This document shows, piece by piece, positions 34,262-36,002 of a stretch of 36,002 nucleotides of DNA. Origin of the DNA: Candidatus Woesearchaeota archaeon (GTDB lineage: Archaea; Nanobdellota; Nanobdellia; SCGC-AAA011-G17; ARS1403). Position numbers and translations under genes: made by a program. The stretch spans positions 1 to 36,002 of the forward strand of contig CAYIWL010000003.1 in the NCBI GenBank assembly GCA_964367085.1, in the 5' to 3' direction. Below the pieces are notes generated by a model. It had not been told where the DNA came from. It made no database searches and was given only the letters and a program-made list of their open reading frames with translations. How positions within the stretch are numbered: the first letter of the stretch is position 1; each line of letters begins with the position of its first letter.

Positions 34262-35905
34262 TTAAACAACAATCCTCCTTTCGTTTATTACAGATAAAAA
34301 CAATTGTATAGTTAAAAAGATTGCTATCAAGAACCCAGTAACAGCTAGCCACTTTCCATTCCCAGAATTGAGCACAAGAGCACTTGCAACTATCAGCGCA
34401 GCAATAATCACTCCTAAGCTGACCCTATTACTACTTCTATCTATCTCTCTTTCCAGTTGCACCAAATCTTTTCTTTCAAACCTTACACCTAACTCTCCTC
34501 GATTAAGTTTCTGCAATATTTCATTGACTTGTCTTGGCATAGATTTAATGTTCTTTGCAAGGCCAGAAATATCTCCGACAAATGTTTTAACAAGATAACT
34601 CGGCCTTAATCTTTTAGTAGTAAGATTATCGACGTATTCATGCAAAGTCGCACTCAAGCTAAAATCAGGATTAAGTTGCAAACCCACTCCTTCAATTGTA
34701 ACAACTGCTTTGGCAAGTAAGATAAAGTCAACAGGAAGCAAGATGTTATTCCTCCTGGAAAAAAGTACCAAGTCATTAAAGAGATGTACTACATCAACCT
34801 GCTCAATACTAGCATCTGCATATTCCTCAACAATGGCTTCAATGTCATGAGTCAATTCCTCGTTTTTTTCCTCGATCATTCCAATATTCAAAAATCCGTC
34901 GGCAAATTCATCAAACCTTCTGCCTACAAGGGATATGAGCATGTCTATAAATTTCTCTCTCATATCCTCAGTTAAGTTGCCGCAAATACCATAATCAATC
35001 AAAACAATTTTGTTTCCAGGCATTACAAAAAGATTTGCAGGATGAGGGTCAGCATGAAAAAATCCATACTCAAAAACCTGTTTCATAAAGCAGTCAGCCA
35101 GATTCCTAGAAATAATCTTCTCATCACAGCTCCATTCTCTCAATCCTTCTTTGTCATCAATAGGAACACCATCAATGTAACTTAAAACTAAAACTTTCTT
35201 AGTTGTGAAATCCCAATATACCTTAGGAACTTTTACAGTTTCACTGTTCAAAAAATTCCGGTAAAATCTATCAACGTTTCTTCCTTCTTTAAGATAATCG
35301 AGCTCATTTAAAGTATACCTTTTAAACTCATCAACGATGCTTTTCAAATCATATTCTTTCACGTCTTCAACATGGTTCTGCAGCAGCTCTGCAAGGTGAT
35401 ACAAAAGATCAATATCAGCATCCATTATCTCTTTTATCTCCGGCCTTTGAACTTTAACTACAACCCTAGTCCCATTCAACAATTTAGCTCTATGCACTTG
35501 TCCTATGCTGGCGCTTGCAATAGGCTCCTTTTCAAAATTAGAAAATATCTCCTCTATCTTATGTTTCAATTCGCTCTCAACAATTTTCTTGACGTCGTTA
35601 AAAGGAAAACTGCTGACATTGTCCTGTAATCTGCTGAATTCTTCACAGTATTCTTTAGGGATTAGATCCGGTCTTAGACTCAGTAACTGCCCCAGTTTGA
35701 TAAAAGTTCCGCCAAGCTCATCCATCGCTATCCTGATTTTCTTTGGCAAATCCATTGGCTTCTTCTGTTCAACTCTCTGGTGCCAGAATAAATGATCGCC
35801 AAGTTTTAATTGATAGAGATAATACCCCAAGCCTGATTTGAATAACACAGAAACAATCTGCTTTAACCGATGAGCATCTCTGTAAACATGTTTAACATCA
35901 ACCAT
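34262..35905 (-). CDS. AarF/ABC1/UbiB family atypical kinase
   Basis: FIKLGQ, ASASIGQVH, VKVQRP, FFHADPHPAN, IDYG; C-terminal TMs. Confidence 0.95.
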   Translation of the reverse strand: MVDVKHVYRDAHRLKQIVSVLFKSGLGYYLYQLKLGDHLFWHQRVEQKKPMDLPKKIRIAMDELGGTFIKLGQLLSLRPDLIPKEYCEEFSRLQDNVSSFPFNDVKKIVESELKHKIEEIFSNFEKEPIASASIGQVHRAKLLNGTRVVVKVQRPEIKEIMDADIDLLYHLAELLQNHVEDVKEYDLKSIVDEFKRYTLNELDYLKEGRNVDRFYRNFLNSETVKVPKVYWDFTTKKVLVLSYIDGVPIDDKEGLREWSCDEKIISRNLADCFMKQVFEYGFFHADPHPANLFVMPGNKIVLIDYGICGNLTEDMREKFIDMLISLVGRRFDEFADGFLNIGMIEEKNEELTHDIEAIVEEYADASIEQVDVVHLFNDLVLFSRRNNILLPVDFILLAKAVVTIEGVGLQLNPDFSLSATLHEYVDNLTTKRLRPSYLVKTFVGDISGLAKNIKSMPRQVNEILQKLNRGELGVRFERKDLVQLEREIDRSSNRVSLGVIIAALIVASALVLNSGNGKWLAVTGFLIAIFLTIQLFLSVINERRIVV

Positions 35906-36002
35906 AAGAAAAATCCATAACTAACAAATATAAATAACTTTTGAAACTGTAGTATCCTGAAATTATTTCCCAACGATAGATTTTTTGCCTGTCTCATTTT
36001 TT

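Overview
AT-rich archaeal sequence, most consistent with a DPANN archaeon (Woesearchaeota/Pacearchaeota-like). The lineage is inferred from the gene set, BRE/TATA leaderless promoters, GatDE and an intron-containing tRNA. Layout: (1) ~0.1-7.4 kb is an accessory array: a Zn-ribbon/HTH/PD-(D/E)xK nuclease gene, then about eight intact or broken type II toxin-antitoxin (TA) loci. These are separated by a shared kit of repeated spacer blocks (NVGIGTT- and QLN-coiled-coil-coding remnants, a 15-bp TAGTAATNTYAGTCA motif, hairpins, one conserved promoter), and the array is closed by a diverged remnant of the same nuclease. (2) 7.5-17.9 kb holds a surface protein and an archaeal type IV pilus locus (ATPase, two platform proteins, seven prepilin-like genes) with inserted pairs of tiny membrane ORFs. 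(3) 17.9-27.9 kb holds three tRNAs (one with an intron), TrmB, DNA ligase, nitroreductase, a second small TA cluster bounded by a 16-bp direct repeat, ftsZ and gatD. (4) 27.9-36 kb is a third TA/accessory island (including a frameshifted beta-barrel-like gene) between gatD and gatE, then an esterase, a phasin-like protein and an AarF/UbiB kinase. The best candidate for an undescribed system is the repeat-punctuated, cassette-like TA array with its bracketing nuclease. No recombinase is visible, so any mechanism is inference.
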